Counted from the first letter of the stretch, positions 28,632 through 38,412 are shown. The stretch is 64,000 nucleotides of DNA from Bacteroidales bacterium (GCA_045600045.1 JAZRXD010000089.1:5413-69412), one strand, 5' to 3'. Notes: generated by a model from the sequence alone, not told the origin. Made by a program: numbers and translations.

Positions 28632-29909
28632 ATGAAATTAAAACTTATCTATCCTCGTTGGAAGAAACTTCCAGGACAAACGACATTCAACCTACCTCCC
28701 CACGGACCTGTTGTATTTGCGGCAACATTACCAGAATGGGTTGACGTGTCTTTCACCGACGAAAACGTTGAAGAAATTGATTGGAACGAAGAATGCGATA
28801 TGGTAGCAATATCGATGATGCTTTCAACGCAAGTTAAACGTGGTTGGGCTATTGCCGACAAATACCGTGCAATGGGCAAGCAAGTTATCTTCGGTGGAAT
28901 TTCCACAATGCTTCATGCTGAAGAAACCATAGAACATGCCGACTCAGTTTTCCTTGGCGAATCGGAAGGTCGTATGGAAGCTGTGATGAACGACTGGAAA
29001 AATGGTAAGTTACAAAAGGTTTACAACTATATGGGCAAAATGCCCGACATCTCGCTTGTAGGTCCTGCTCGTCGCGACTTGTACAAACGCGAATTATACA
29101 ACCACAAAGGTGTTCCAATGGTTGACTTGTTCCATGCTTCGCGTGGCTGTCGTTTCAGTTGCTATCCATGTGCTGTTTCGTACTTGGGAAGCCGTTGTTT
29201 CCGTCCTCGTCCAATAGACAAAACCATTGCCGATTTGGAATCAATCGACAACAATCGTTTGTTTATTGTGGACAACTCATTGGCACAAAACAAAGAATGG
29301 GAAATGCAACTTTTCAAGGAAATGATTCCTCTGAAAAAGAAATGGATTAGCCACACAATTGAAGATGATCCACAAGTGCTTGATTTGGCCGCACAAGCTG
29401 GTTCTTGGTACGTTTATCAAGCAGTTTACGACACTTCGAATTACATTCGTGAACGTGTGAAACGCTACCACGATTACGGAATTGGCGTAGAAGGAACTAT
29501 TCTTCTTGGACTTGACAACCAAACCGAAGACGACATTAAACGATTGATTGATTTCTTGTTGGAAATTGATTTGGATTTGGCAGAATTCACAGTTTTGGCA
29601 CCATTTCCACATACAAAAGCATACGATGATTTGCTTCGTCAAGGGAGAATTTTCGACTTTGACTGGGATCACTACAACGCAGGACAGGTTGTTTACCATC
29701 CAAAACACATGACTGCCGAAAAGCTACAGGAACTTTATGAATATGCTTGGAAATCATTCTATCAAGACGAAAGTCAGGAAGAAAAGATGTTCAAATTATT
29801 CTCAAATGTTGTTCTTCGCGAAATGGAAGATGGCACGTACAGACCACGAGACAGAAAATTAGCAAACAAATCATTTGGTAAAGACGTTGTACGCAACATC
29901 AAAAAATAA
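28632..29909 (+). CDS. Cobalamin-binding radical SAM protein
   Basis: N-terminal B12-binding-like domain (VIFGGISTML, VFLGESEG) and the SRGCRFSCYPC CxxxCxxC motif. Confidence 0.9.
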   Translation: MKLKLIYPRWKKLPGQTTFNLPPHGPVVFAATLPEWVDVSFTDENVEEIDWNEECDMVAISMMLSTQVKRGWAIADKYRAMGKQVIFGGISTMLHAEETIEHADSVFLGESEGRMEAVMNDWKNGKLQKVYNYMGKMPDISLVGPARRDLYKRELYNHKGVPMVDLFHASRGCRFSCYPCAVSYLGSRCFRPRPIDKTIADLESIDNNRLFIVDNSLAQNKEWEMQLFKEMIPLKKKWISHTIEDDPQVLDLAAQAGSWYVYQAVYDTSNYIRERVKRYHDYGIGVEGTILLGLDNQTEDDIKRLIDFLLEIDLDLAEFTVLAPFPHTKAYDDLLRQGRIFDFDWDHYNAGQVVYHPKHMTAEKLQELYEYAWKSFYQDESQEEKMFKLFSNVVLREMEDGTYRPRDRKLANKSFGKDVVRNIKK

Positions 29910-29927
29910 TTATCAAATCAATCACAA

Positions 29928-30305
29928 ATGAAAGTACCTGAAAAATATTACGACGAACAATTCGAGTTCAAGGGCCAATGGGATATGCCATCAACATGCG
30001 GATTGAAGATTTTAGATTATAAAGGTAAGAAAATAGTATTGGTTACAGAACTCTATCAAGATAATCCAGGAACATCAGTAACATACGCTGGAGCATCGTT
30101 GGCAAACCAAATTTGCGAAGCTAAAGGTTTTAATGCAAACGACATTATTTACATAGAATGCAACCCAAACACAAGCTCAAAATTGTCGTTTTATGATGAA
30201 GAATTTTTCCAAGTGACATTTGCAATTACCGACGGCAAATTCTCTGGAACCCCACAATATCAACAACTTACAGCAGACGAAACAAAAGAAATGATTACGC
30301 TATGA
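29928..30305 (+). CDS. Hypothetical protein
   Basis: 125-aa ORF in the operon with TELYQDNPGTSVT and IIYIECNP; no function recognised. Confidence 0.7.
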   Translation: MKVPEKYYDEQFEFKGQWDMPSTCGLKILDYKGKKIVLVTELYQDNPGTSVTYAGASLANQICEAKGFNANDIIYIECNPNTSSKLSFYDEEFFQVTFAITDGKFSGTPQYQQLTADETKEMITL

Positions 30306-31423
30306 GACGAATTTTGTCGTTAGTTGTATGTCTTGCTTGTTTTTTCGATTTTGCATTTTGTCAGATGCTTCCTTCTGTACAAAACGCAAAGAAATTTGTT
30401 GTTGCACAAAAAGAAAGCAAGATAGAAAAATGCACTTTTGAATTTGCTCCTTGGCAAGCTGTGGAATCGCAGAATTGTTTTCTAAACCATAAAGAATTCA
30501 TAAAAAATAAGGAAACAACCAGATTGTACGCTTTTTTCCCAGATACGTCATTGTCAGGACCTTATATAATTGACAACACCCTTCTTGTTTCTGCCAATGC
30601 TTCAGATGAATTCTATAATAAATTTCTACATAGACAAACCGATAAAAAATATCCAGCGGTAATCATTTGTCCCGGAGGAAGTTACCATCATTTAGGCATG
30701 AAACACGAAGGATATCAGGTTGCAAGATGGTTTGCCCAGAAAGGAGTTGTTGCATTTGTGCTTCGCTATCGCGTAAGCAGTCACGGAGCACATAATCCTG
30801 ATATGATTCAGGATTTGCAACTTTCAATTGCGTTGTTAAAACAATATGCTGATGTTTGGTACATCGACACGACAAAAATTGGAGCCATTGGATTTTCTGC
30901 TGGAGGTCATTTAGTTTTACACGGTGGAGTTGCAACGGAAAATTTCATAAAACAAGATTTGCCAACGTCGGAAAACTATGGTTTACGCCCAAACTACGTG
31001 ATGGCAATTTATCCTGTTGTTTCAATGGAAGACAGCATTGCGCATAAAAAATCACGAAAGAATTTATTGACAAAACACTATACCGAATCGGATATTCACA
31101 AATATTCCATTGAGCAAAACATTCCTGACGATATGCCACCTACATTCATATTGGCTTGCACCGACGACGATGTAGTAGATATTCGTAATAGCCGTGCTCT
31201 TTTTAGTGCATTACCAAAGAAAATCATATACGAATGCAAATACACAGAAATACCTGTAGGCGGACACGGATTTGGTATGTTCAAAACAAAATCAGAGCAA
31301 ACGAAAGATTGGGCCGACAAACTTTTAAAGAATTGGTTGGAACTAATTGAGATTCTACCAGTAACACGCATTACACCTTTGGATCCAGACTACGATCTTG
31401 ACGACATTTCTAACAATGAATAG
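30302..31423 (+). CDS. Secreted alpha/beta hydrolase (BD-FAE/acetylesterase-like)
   Basis: IICPGGSY oxyanion motif, GFSAGG nucleophile elbow, PPTFI...DD.V and GGHGFG. Confidence 0.88.
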   Translation: MRRILSLVVCLACFFDFAFCQMLPSVQNAKKFVVAQKESKIEKCTFEFAPWQAVESQNCFLNHKEFIKNKETTRLYAFFPDTSLSGPYIIDNTLLVSANASDEFYNKFLHRQTDKKYPAVIICPGGSYHHLGMKHEGYQVARWFAQKGVVAFVLRYRVSSHGAHNPDMIQDLQLSIALLKQYADVWYIDTTKIGAIGFSAGGHLVLHGGVATENFIKQDLPTSENYGLRPNYVMAIYPVVSMEDSIAHKKSRKNLLTKHYTESDIHKYSIEQNIPDDMPPTFILACTDDDVVDIRNSRALFSALPKKIIYECKYTEIPVGGHGFGMFKTKSEQTKDWADKLLKNWLELIEILPVTRITPLDPDYDLDDISNNE

Positions 31424-32315
31424 CAAACTTGTCGGACATATTGCAATATTTTTAGCGTATGTGATATTCGGATTCAATATAATCACCTGCAAAAATCTTG
31501 TTTCGTTTGATGTGATTTCCCCTATCGGGATTTTTTGTCTCCGTGCAATTGGAGCAACAATTTGTTTTTGGATTCTGTCATTGTTTTTGCCTAAAGAAAA
31601 AGTTGACAAACGTGATTTGCCCAAAATTTTCATAGCTTCAATGTTGGGATTGTTTCTCACCCAAATGAGCTTCCTCGTAGCAATGAAAATAACGACGCCA
31701 GTTGATGCTTCAATCATGACGTCACTCACACCTATATTTACGATGTTTATTGCGGCAATTTTTCTAAAAGAACCTATATCGGTAAAAAAAGCAGGTGGCG
31801 TTGCAATCAGTTTCGGTGGCGTTATTCTTTTAATCCTAAATAGTACTCATGTGCCCAACGGGGTTGAGCAGAGCCATCCATTAGGTTTGTTTCTTATGAT
31901 ATTGAACGGATTATTTTTTGCCAGTTATTTAGGAGCGTTTCGCCCTTTAGTCAGAAAATATAGTACGGTAACATTTATGAAATGGATGTTCCTATTCTCC
32001 ATGCTCGTTTCTGTTTTATTCGATCACAAAGAATTCGCAACAATAAATTATTCGGCAATCAATTCCGATTTTCTTCTAAATCTGTCGTTTACAGTTATTT
32101 GTGCAACATTCATTGCTTATTTTCTTGTTCCTATCGGTCAAAAACGATTACGTCCGACAGTTGTAAGTATGTACGCATATTTACAGCCATTCATTGCCGC
32201 AATTGTAAGCATTGCGTTACAAATGGACACACTCAACTGGCAAAAAGTTGTTGCCGCAATTTTGGTATTCGGCGGAGTTTATTTAGTCAACAAAAGCAAA
32301 GCTCGCGAAAATTAA
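31416..32315 (+). CDS. DMT/EamA-family transporter
   Basis: About ten TM segments in two EamA repeats; PIFTMFIAAIFLKE and YAYLQPFIA. Confidence 0.9.
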   Translation: MNSKLVGHIAIFLAYVIFGFNIITCKNLVSFDVISPIGIFCLRAIGATICFWILSLFLPKEKVDKRDLPKIFIASMLGLFLTQMSFLVAMKITTPVDASIMTSLTPIFTMFIAAIFLKEPISVKKAGGVAISFGGVILLILNSTHVPNGVEQSHPLGLFLMILNGLFFASYLGAFRPLVRKYSTVTFMKWMFLFSMLVSVLFDHKEFATINYSAINSDFLLNLSFTVICATFIAYFLVPIGQKRLRPTVVSMYAYLQPFIAAIVSIALQMDTLNWQKVVAAILVFGGVYLVNKSKAREN

Positions 32316-32318
32316 AAT

Positions 32319-32786
32319 CTACAACAACGTGGAAAACAACACTGTTGGCGGAACTACTCCGTCAACAGTCATAACTATATCACTCGAATAGGTACTCTTT
32401 CCACGATACACGTGGCGACCATCATACGTATACAAAATATCGCTGGAATATGTGCTTTTGCCTTTATACACATGGCGTCCATCCCATGTGTACAAGATGT
32501 CGCTCGAATACGTACTGTTACCTTTATAAATATGTTTTCCGTCGTATGTCAATAAAATATCACTTGAATAAGTACTATTTCCTTTGAACAAATTTTTACC
32601 ATCCCACGTGTACACAATATCGCTCGAATACGTGCTGTTACCCGTGTACAATTTTTTCCCATCAAAAGAATAATGAATATCGCTGGAATATGTGCTATTA
32701 CCACGATAAAGATGAATTTGAGAAGAAGAAAATAAAGACATAAAAATAAAAATTAAAGTAAAAAACAAACATTTTTTCATAGCCAA
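32319..32786 (-). CDS. Secreted protein composed of six 20-aa repeats (YxGxSTYSSDIxYTxDG)
   Basis: Signal peptide followed by six tandem repeats visible in protein and DNA (60-nt period). Confidence 0.8.
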   Translation of the reverse strand: MAMKKCLFFTLIFIFMSLFSSSQIHLYRGNSTYSSDIHYSFDGKKLYTGNSTYSSDIVYTWDGKNLFKGNSTYSSDILLTYDGKHIYKGNSTYSSDILYTWDGRHVYKGKSTYSSDILYTYDGRHVYRGKSTYSSDIVMTVDGVVPPTVLFSTLL

Positions 32787-32980
32787 ACATTTTGTAACAA
32801 AGGTAACACTTCTTTAATTTTATAGATAATGCACAACGGGTTAAATTTATTTTTCACATCTGTGTCATCTCCATAGACTAAATTAGAAATTGTAATAACT
32901 TGTGCATAAGTTAATATCTCTACACTGTGAAAATCCACAAAAAGAAACTACATTCGCACACGAATTTTAACAACGTTGTA

Positions 32981-35029
32981 ATGAAAACTATCTCAGAACG
33001 TTCAGCCGACAACTTGCGTATTCTCGCAGTTTCGATGGTTGAAAAAGCAAAATCAGGTCACCCAGGCGGTTCTATGGGTGGAATGGATTTTATCTCCGTT
33101 TTATATTCAGAATTTCTTCAATACGACCCAACGGATTTGAAATGGGCAAATCGTGATAGATTTTTCCTTGATCCTGGTCATATGTCGCCAATGTTGTACG
33201 CAACATTGGCTATGGTTGGCTCGCTTTCTATTGATGATTTGAAGAATTTCCGTCAATGGGGAAGCATCACAGCCGGACATCCTGAAGTAAATCCTGCAAT
33301 TGGTATCGAAAACACTTCGGGACCGCTTGGTCAAGGTCACACAATGGCTGTCGGAGCTGCAATTGCCGAAAAATTTCTTCGTCATCGTTTTGGTGATTGG
33401 ATGCAACATAAAATCTACGCTTTCATTTCCGATGGTGGTGTACAAGAAGAAATTTCTCAAGGTGCTGGCCGTATTGCCGGACACTTAGGATTGGACAACT
33501 TGATTATGTTCTACGACTCCAACGATATTCAACTTTCAACTCACACCGATGCTGTTTCGAGCGAAGACACTGCAAAGAAATATGAGGCTTGGGGCTGGAG
33601 AGTTATCACAATCAATGGAAACGACCACGATGAAATTCGCAAAGCCTTGAAATGGGCCAACGAAAAATCCGACAAACCATCGTTGATTATCGGTAAAACC
33701 GTTATGGGTAAAGGTCTTTTGGATGCTAACGGGAACTCTTTCGAAGGACAAACATCAACTCACGGACAACCTGTTAGCAAAGCTGGAGCTTCGGTAGAAA
33801 AAACCATTTTAAATTTAGGAGGAAATCCAGAAGATCCATTTGCTGTTTTTGAAGATGTGAAAGAATTCTGGAAAAACGTGAATGCTGAGAAAGCTAAAAA
33901 CGCGCAAAAACGTAAAGCAGAACAAGTAGCGTGGGAAAAACAAAATCCAGAATTGGCGAAGAAATTCGCTCAATTTATGTCGGGCGAACTTCCAGAAAAT
34001 CTTGATTTTTCTAAAATTGAACAAAAAGAAAACGCTGCAACTCGTGTTGCTTCGAAGAATGTTCTCGGTTACTTGGCCGAAAATATCGACAATATGATTT
34101 GTTCATCTGCCGATTTGTCGAATAGCGACAACACAGATGGTTTCTTAAAGAAAACGAAAGACATTGTTAAAGGTGATTTCTCTGGTAAATTCCTTGAATC
34201 GGGCGTTGCCGAATTAACAATGGCTTCGATTATGAATGGTATTGTCCTTCACGGCGGAATTTTCACAGCATGCGGAACATTCTTCGTATTCTCTGAATAT
34301 ATGAAACCAGCAATGCGTTTGTCTGCTTTGATGGAAATCCCAGTAAAATATCTTTGGTCGCACGATGCATTCCGCGTTGGCGAAGACGGACCAACACACC
34401 AACCAATTGAGCAAGAAGCTCAAATGCGCTTGATGGAACAAGTTTACAATCACAGCGGAAAACGTAGTTTTATAGTACTTCGTCCAGCTGACGGACAAGA
34501 AGCAACAGTTTGTTGGGAACTTGCTATGAGAACAAATGACCGCCCAACAGGTTTGATTTTCTCTCGCCAAGTTGTGAAAGATTTACCAGCAAAAGTTGGC
34601 TCTACACGTTATACCGACGCACAAAATGCAAAATTTGGTGCTTACATTATTAACGAACCTAAGAAAGATGTTGATGTTGTTCTTGTAGCAAATGGTTCAG
34701 AAGTAAGCACAATTTACGATGCTTCGCAAATACTTGAAAAAGAACACAATTTGAGCGTACAAGTTGTTTCTGCTCCATCTGAAGGTTTATTTAGAGATCA
34801 ACCAAAGGAATATCAAGAAAAAGTACTTCCATCAAATAAACCAATTTATGGTGTTACTGCTGGACTTTCAATCAATATGCAAGGATTGGTTGGTGCCAAA
34901 GGTAAAGTTTGGGGATTGAACCACTTTGGTTATTCGGCTCCATACACCGTTCTTGATGAAAAATTCGGTTATACGGCCGAAAATATTGTAAATCAAGTTC
35001 TTGAATATCTAAAAGAATTCAAAGCTTAA
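32981..35029 (+). CDS. tkt: Transketolase
   Basis: KSGHPGGSMG, RDRFFLDPGH, NTSGPLGQG, SDGGVQEE and GEDGPTHQP motifs. Confidence 0.97.
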   Translation: MKTISERSADNLRILAVSMVEKAKSGHPGGSMGGMDFISVLYSEFLQYDPTDLKWANRDRFFLDPGHMSPMLYATLAMVGSLSIDDLKNFRQWGSITAGHPEVNPAIGIENTSGPLGQGHTMAVGAAIAEKFLRHRFGDWMQHKIYAFISDGGVQEEISQGAGRIAGHLGLDNLIMFYDSNDIQLSTHTDAVSSEDTAKKYEAWGWRVITINGNDHDEIRKALKWANEKSDKPSLIIGKTVMGKGLLDANGNSFEGQTSTHGQPVSKAGASVEKTILNLGGNPEDPFAVFEDVKEFWKNVNAEKAKNAQKRKAEQVAWEKQNPELAKKFAQFMSGELPENLDFSKIEQKENAATRVASKNVLGYLAENIDNMICSSADLSNSDNTDGFLKKTKDIVKGDFSGKFLESGVAELTMASIMNGIVLHGGIFTACGTFFVFSEYMKPAMRLSALMEIPVKYLWSHDAFRVGEDGPTHQPIEQEAQMRLMEQVYNHSGKRSFIVLRPADGQEATVCWELAMRTNDRPTGLIFSRQVVKDLPAKVGSTRYTDAQNAKFGAYIINEPKKDVDVVLVANGSEVSTIYDASQILEKEHNLSVQVVSAPSEGLFRDQPKEYQEKVLPSNKPIYGVTAGLSINMQGLVGAKGKVWGLNHFGYSAPYTVLDEKFGYTAENIVNQVLEYLKEFKA

Positions 35030-35059
35030 TTTTGTGATTGTCAATATAATAAATTCTCC

Positions 35060-35089
35060 AAGCCTATGTTTTTACATAGGCTTTTTTAT
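35060..35089 (+). terminator. Intrinsic terminator after tkt
   Basis: AAGCCTATGT-tttt-ACATAGGCTT followed by a T tract. Confidence 0.85.
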
Positions 35090-35130
35090 TTCGTAAAAAA
35101 TTCTACATTTGTATCGATTCTATAAATAAT

Positions 35131-35502
35131 ATGCAACGAATAAAGAACATATCTCTATCAATCTGCGCAATTATTGCAGCTGGATTCTATTTAATGATAA
35201 TGCTTTCTTTTTCAAGCAATTGCACAACTGCGGAGCAACAACTTCCGCACGAAGATGCATTTATAGATTATGTTGAAACCCAAATCGGCAACCAAGAAAC
35301 TCCCACAAGTTCCATAAGCACAATCATCAATTTGTGCAAAACGCCAATCAAAAAAAATTCGGAACAAAAATCAGAGGCGACTGCCAACGAAATCAAACTA
35401 ACGACAATTCTTGTCTGTCAGTTTGAAAAAGCAAAAAAAGAAACATCTCCTCTTGCTTTTTCAAGCACCGATATAATCTACCCGTTTAATTATTTTTGGT
35501 AA
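35131..35502 (+). CDS. Hypothetical membrane-anchored protein ending DIIYPFNYFW
   Basis: N-terminal hydrophobic helix; TACATTTG -7 box at 35104-35111; aromatic/Pro C-terminus. Confidence 0.6.
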   Translation: MQRIKNISLSICAIIAAGFYLMIMLSFSSNCTTAEQQLPHEDAFIDYVETQIGNQETPTSSISTIINLCKTPIKKNSEQKSEATANEIKLTTILVCQFEKAKKETSPLAFSSTDIIYPFNYFW

Positions 35503-35638
35503 AATCCTTCATCGCGCATCTTGCGGTAAATCACTTTTGTTGACGAAATAGATACACACCGTAGAAACAAGAGAAAATTGTTTCTACTCTATTTCTTCAC
35601 AATCAAATTTTATCAAAACATAATTTAACACATTCAAA

Positions 35639-36103
35639 ATGAGTACAACATCTCTTATAGGCCTTATTCTTGTGGCCGTTATCGTCATTCCTGTTATATT
35701 ACTTAATCATAACAAAAACAAGAAAAATGCGGCAATAAAAAAAAAATTAGCCGATATGTCGAGAAACGCAATCATTTCGAATCAAGAATTTTGGAATGGT
35801 TATTTAATTGCAATTGACGAAATCGACAAAAAATGTTTCTACGTTCATCAAGAAGACAGTTGCTGCAAAGCCGAGACAATCGATTTGACAAAATATTCAT
35901 CGTGCCGCGTTGTTTCGAGCAGTATGTTGGGAACATCGTCAACTTCGATTGATTTGGTCGAATTGGTATTTACTCCAAAAGACAAAGAATCCGAAAATAA
36001 ATCGCTTGTGTTTTTCAATGCCGAAACCGACGGATTTTGCCTTAACGGAGAACTTCAATCTGCCGAACGCTGGAGAAAAATCTGCAGCAACTTAATCAAA
36101 TAG
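35639..36103 (+). CDS. Hypothetical single-pass membrane protein
   Basis: N-terminal TM helix (LIGLILVAVIVIPVILL) and a basic stop-transfer segment, then a soluble domain. Confidence 0.7.
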   Translation: MSTTSLIGLILVAVIVIPVILLNHNKNKKNAAIKKKLADMSRNAIISNQEFWNGYLIAIDEIDKKCFYVHQEDSCCKAETIDLTKYSSCRVVSSSMLGTSSTSIDLVELVFTPKDKESENKSLVFFNAETDGFCLNGELQSAERWRKICSNLIK

Positions 36104-36126
36104 TATTGTTTTAAAATTTTAGAATT

Positions 36127-37413
36127 ATGTATTCTACAATAATGGTTATCATTTTTGTTCTTGGCTATCTGTGTATAGCCCTTGAACATCCTCTGAAGCT
36201 TGACAAAGCGGCCATTGCTTTGTTAATTGGCGTGCTAACCTGGACTGTTTTTATTGTTTTTGGCGAAAACGACATAACCGAAGTCGGCAACATGCTGAAC
36301 GAAAATTTAGCTGAAACCGCACAAACACTTTTCTTCCTTTTTGCCGCAATGACAATTGTTGAAATTATCGACCGACACAATGGTTTCAAGGTAATTACCG
36401 ACAAAATTCACGCAACAAGCAAAGTCAAATTAATGTGGTTAATCGGTATCCTTACGTTCTTTATGTCGGCCGTGCTCGACAATCTCACAACAACAATCGT
36501 GATTTTGTCGTTGCTCCGCAAACTTATCGGTGACAAAGAAACTCGCTGGACGTTTGCAAGTATTGTAGTTTTAGCAGCAAACGCAGGTGGAGCATGGTCG
36601 CCAATTGGTGATGTAACAACAATTATGCTTTGGATTGGAGGACAAATTTCGGCAGCAAACATCATTACATCGATATTCTTACCAAGTTTAGTTTCTTTAG
36701 CTATACCAATGCTTATTTTGTCGTTCACAATGAAAGGCGAATTGGAACGTCCTGCGGCCGAAGAACAAAATACGTTATTGACAACACCCAAAGAACAAAT
36801 TTCGTATTTAGTTTTTGGTGTTGCTTTGTTGCTATTTGTTCCCGTATTCAAAACCCTCACCCATCTGCCTCCATTTATGGGAATGTTGCTCAGTTTGGGT
36901 ATTTTGTGGCTGGTTGCACAATTTCAGGCAGCAATGTCAAGAGCCAAAAGACGAAATCTTTTAAACGTTAATCAATGCCTTAAACGAGTTGAAACCTCAA
37001 CCATATTTTTCTTTTTAGGTATTTTAACAGCAGTTGGAGCATTAGGCGCCGCTGGTCAATTAGGACATCTATCAGAATGGTTAAAAGACATTACTGGAGG
37101 AAACATCTACGTTATTGATTCGGTAATTGGTGTGCTTTCGTCTATTATCGACAACGTGCCGCTTGTTGCCGCATCAATGGGAATGTATCCTATCGATCCA
37201 AATGTTGCAGAATTCGCAGCCGACGGAACTTTTTGGTCTATGCTTGCTTACTGCGCCGGAACAGGTGGTTCAATTTTGATTATTGGTTCCGCAGCCGGTG
37301 TTGCTGCAATGGGATTAGAGAAAATCGACTTTATTTGGTATTTAAAGAAAATCAGTTGGTTGGCAATTATCGGCTATTTTGCTGGTGTTTTCTGTATTTA
37401 TCTGGGGTTGTAA
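36127..37413 (+). CDS. nhaD: NhaD-type Na+/H+ antiporter (ion transporter superfamily)
   Basis: SAVLDNLTTT, AANAGGAWSPIGDVTTIMLW, SSIIDNVPLVAA and CAGTGGSILIIGSAAGV motifs. Confidence 0.9.
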   Translation: MYSTIMVIIFVLGYLCIALEHPLKLDKAAIALLIGVLTWTVFIVFGENDITEVGNMLNENLAETAQTLFFLFAAMTIVEIIDRHNGFKVITDKIHATSKVKLMWLIGILTFFMSAVLDNLTTTIVILSLLRKLIGDKETRWTFASIVVLAANAGGAWSPIGDVTTIMLWIGGQISAANIITSIFLPSLVSLAIPMLILSFTMKGELERPAAEEQNTLLTTPKEQISYLVFGVALLLFVPVFKTLTHLPPFMGMLLSLGILWLVAQFQAAMSRAKRRNLLNVNQCLKRVETSTIFFFLGILTAVGALGAAGQLGHLSEWLKDITGGNIYVIDSVIGVLSSIIDNVPLVAASMGMYPIDPNVAEFAADGTFWSMLAYCAGTGGSILIIGSAAGVAAMGLEKIDFIWYLKKISWLAIIGYFAGVFCIYLGL

Positions 37414-37430
37414 AATCTATACGAATCTAC

Positions 37431-37463
37431 AATAAAGGGAAATCATAACGATTTCCCTTTATT
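37431..37463. terminator. Bidirectional terminator between nhaD and rsmE
   Basis: Perfect 14-bp stem AATAAAGGGAAATC-ataac-GATTTCCCTTTATT. Confidence 0.85.
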
Positions 37464-37510
37464 ATTCGAACGTCAGTCCATCAAATACAATAAATAATAC
37501 TATGCATTAA

Positions 37511-38212
37511 TTATTGATTCATAACCTCAACAACATGAACCGCTGCAATAGCTGCCGTTTCTGTTCGTAAACGGCTTTCGCCCAACGAAATCGGAATCCA
37601 TCCGTTCTTTTTTGCCAATTCTATCTCCGAAAGCGAAAAATCACCTTCCGGACCAATCAAAATCGTTATCTCACCGCCTTTTTCAATCTCATCGCGCAAC
37701 AATTTCTTTTCCTGATTTTCGCAATGGGCAATACACTTCTTCCCTTGATATAGTGTGGCAATTATTGTTTTCACATCGGTCAGTTCCGACAATTTTGGCA
37801 TTGTTGCTTTATATGACTGTTTCATAGCCGAAAGCACAATACGTTCAATTCTATCAAGCTTCAAAATTTTACGTTCCGAATTTTCGGAACAAATAGGAAT
37901 GATTTCGTCAACACCAATTTCAACTGCTTTTTCCACAAAGAACTCGAATCTGTCGATATTTTTTGTTGGAGCCACGCACATACGTACATAATAATTATGT
38001 GAGCCGAAGTTTTCTACTTTACGAATGATAGAACATACACAATCTCGTTTGCCTATGGATTCAATTCGTGCATAGTATAAATTCCCCAACCCATCAATCA
38101 CGTTGATTTCGTCAACAACAACTTTACGCAAAACTTTCGTGCAATGTTTTGCTTCATCTTCATTCAACACAATTGAATGTTCGTCGATTTCAGAGGAAAA
38201 GAATAAATTCAT
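37511..38212 (-). CDS. rsmE: 16S rRNA m3U1498 methyltransferase RsmE
   Basis: HCTKVLR, FVEKAVEIGV, IGPEGDFS and LGESRLRTETA motifs. Confidence 0.95.
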   Translation of the reverse strand: MNLFFSSEIDEHSIVLNEDEAKHCTKVLRKVVVDEINVIDGLGNLYYARIESIGKRDCVCSIIRKVENFGSHNYYVRMCVAPTKNIDRFEFFVEKAVEIGVDEIIPICSENSERKILKLDRIERIVLSAMKQSYKATMPKLSELTDVKTIIATLYQGKKCIAHCENQEKKLLRDEIEKGGEITILIGPEGDFSLSEIELAKKNGWIPISLGESRLRTETAAIAAVHVVEVMNQ

Positions 38213-38224
38213 AGTTATCTAAAT

Positions 38225-38254
38225 AAAAAAGAGGAAGACTTTCATCTTCCTCTT
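38225..38254 (-). terminator. Terminator downstream of tRNA-Lys
   Basis: AAGAGGAAGA-ctttca-TCTTCCTCTT stem with a T tract on the minus strand. Confidence 0.8.
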
Positions 38255-38257
38255 CCG

Positions 38258-38330
38258 TGATCCAGATGGGGCTCGAACCCATGACCCCATCCTTAAAAGG
38301 GATGTGCTCTACCTGCTGAGCTACTGAATC
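38258..38330 (-). tRNA. tRNA-Lys (anticodon TTT)
   Basis: GATTCAGTAGCTCAGCAGGTAGAGCACATCCCTTTTAAGGATGGGGTCATGGGTTCGAGCCCCATCTGGATCA folds as a full cloverleaf. A -7 box lies at 38356-38363. Confidence 0.97.
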
Positions 38331-38412
38331 AATCCATCTTCCTTTAAAGACAGTGCAAAAGTAGTCTTTTTTTTATTACTCCCAAATTCTAAGATTGTTT
38401 TTTTGAAAAAAA

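Noticed and set aside
28510-28632. Cobalamin riboswitch upstream of the B12-radical SAM gene
   Set aside because: The intergenic region is only about 120 nt, AT-rich, and lacks the B12-box consensus.
32319-32786. 60-nt periodic DNA considered as a CRISPR array
   Set aside because: The repeats are in-frame coding units varying at synonymous positions, with no unique spacers and no cas genes.
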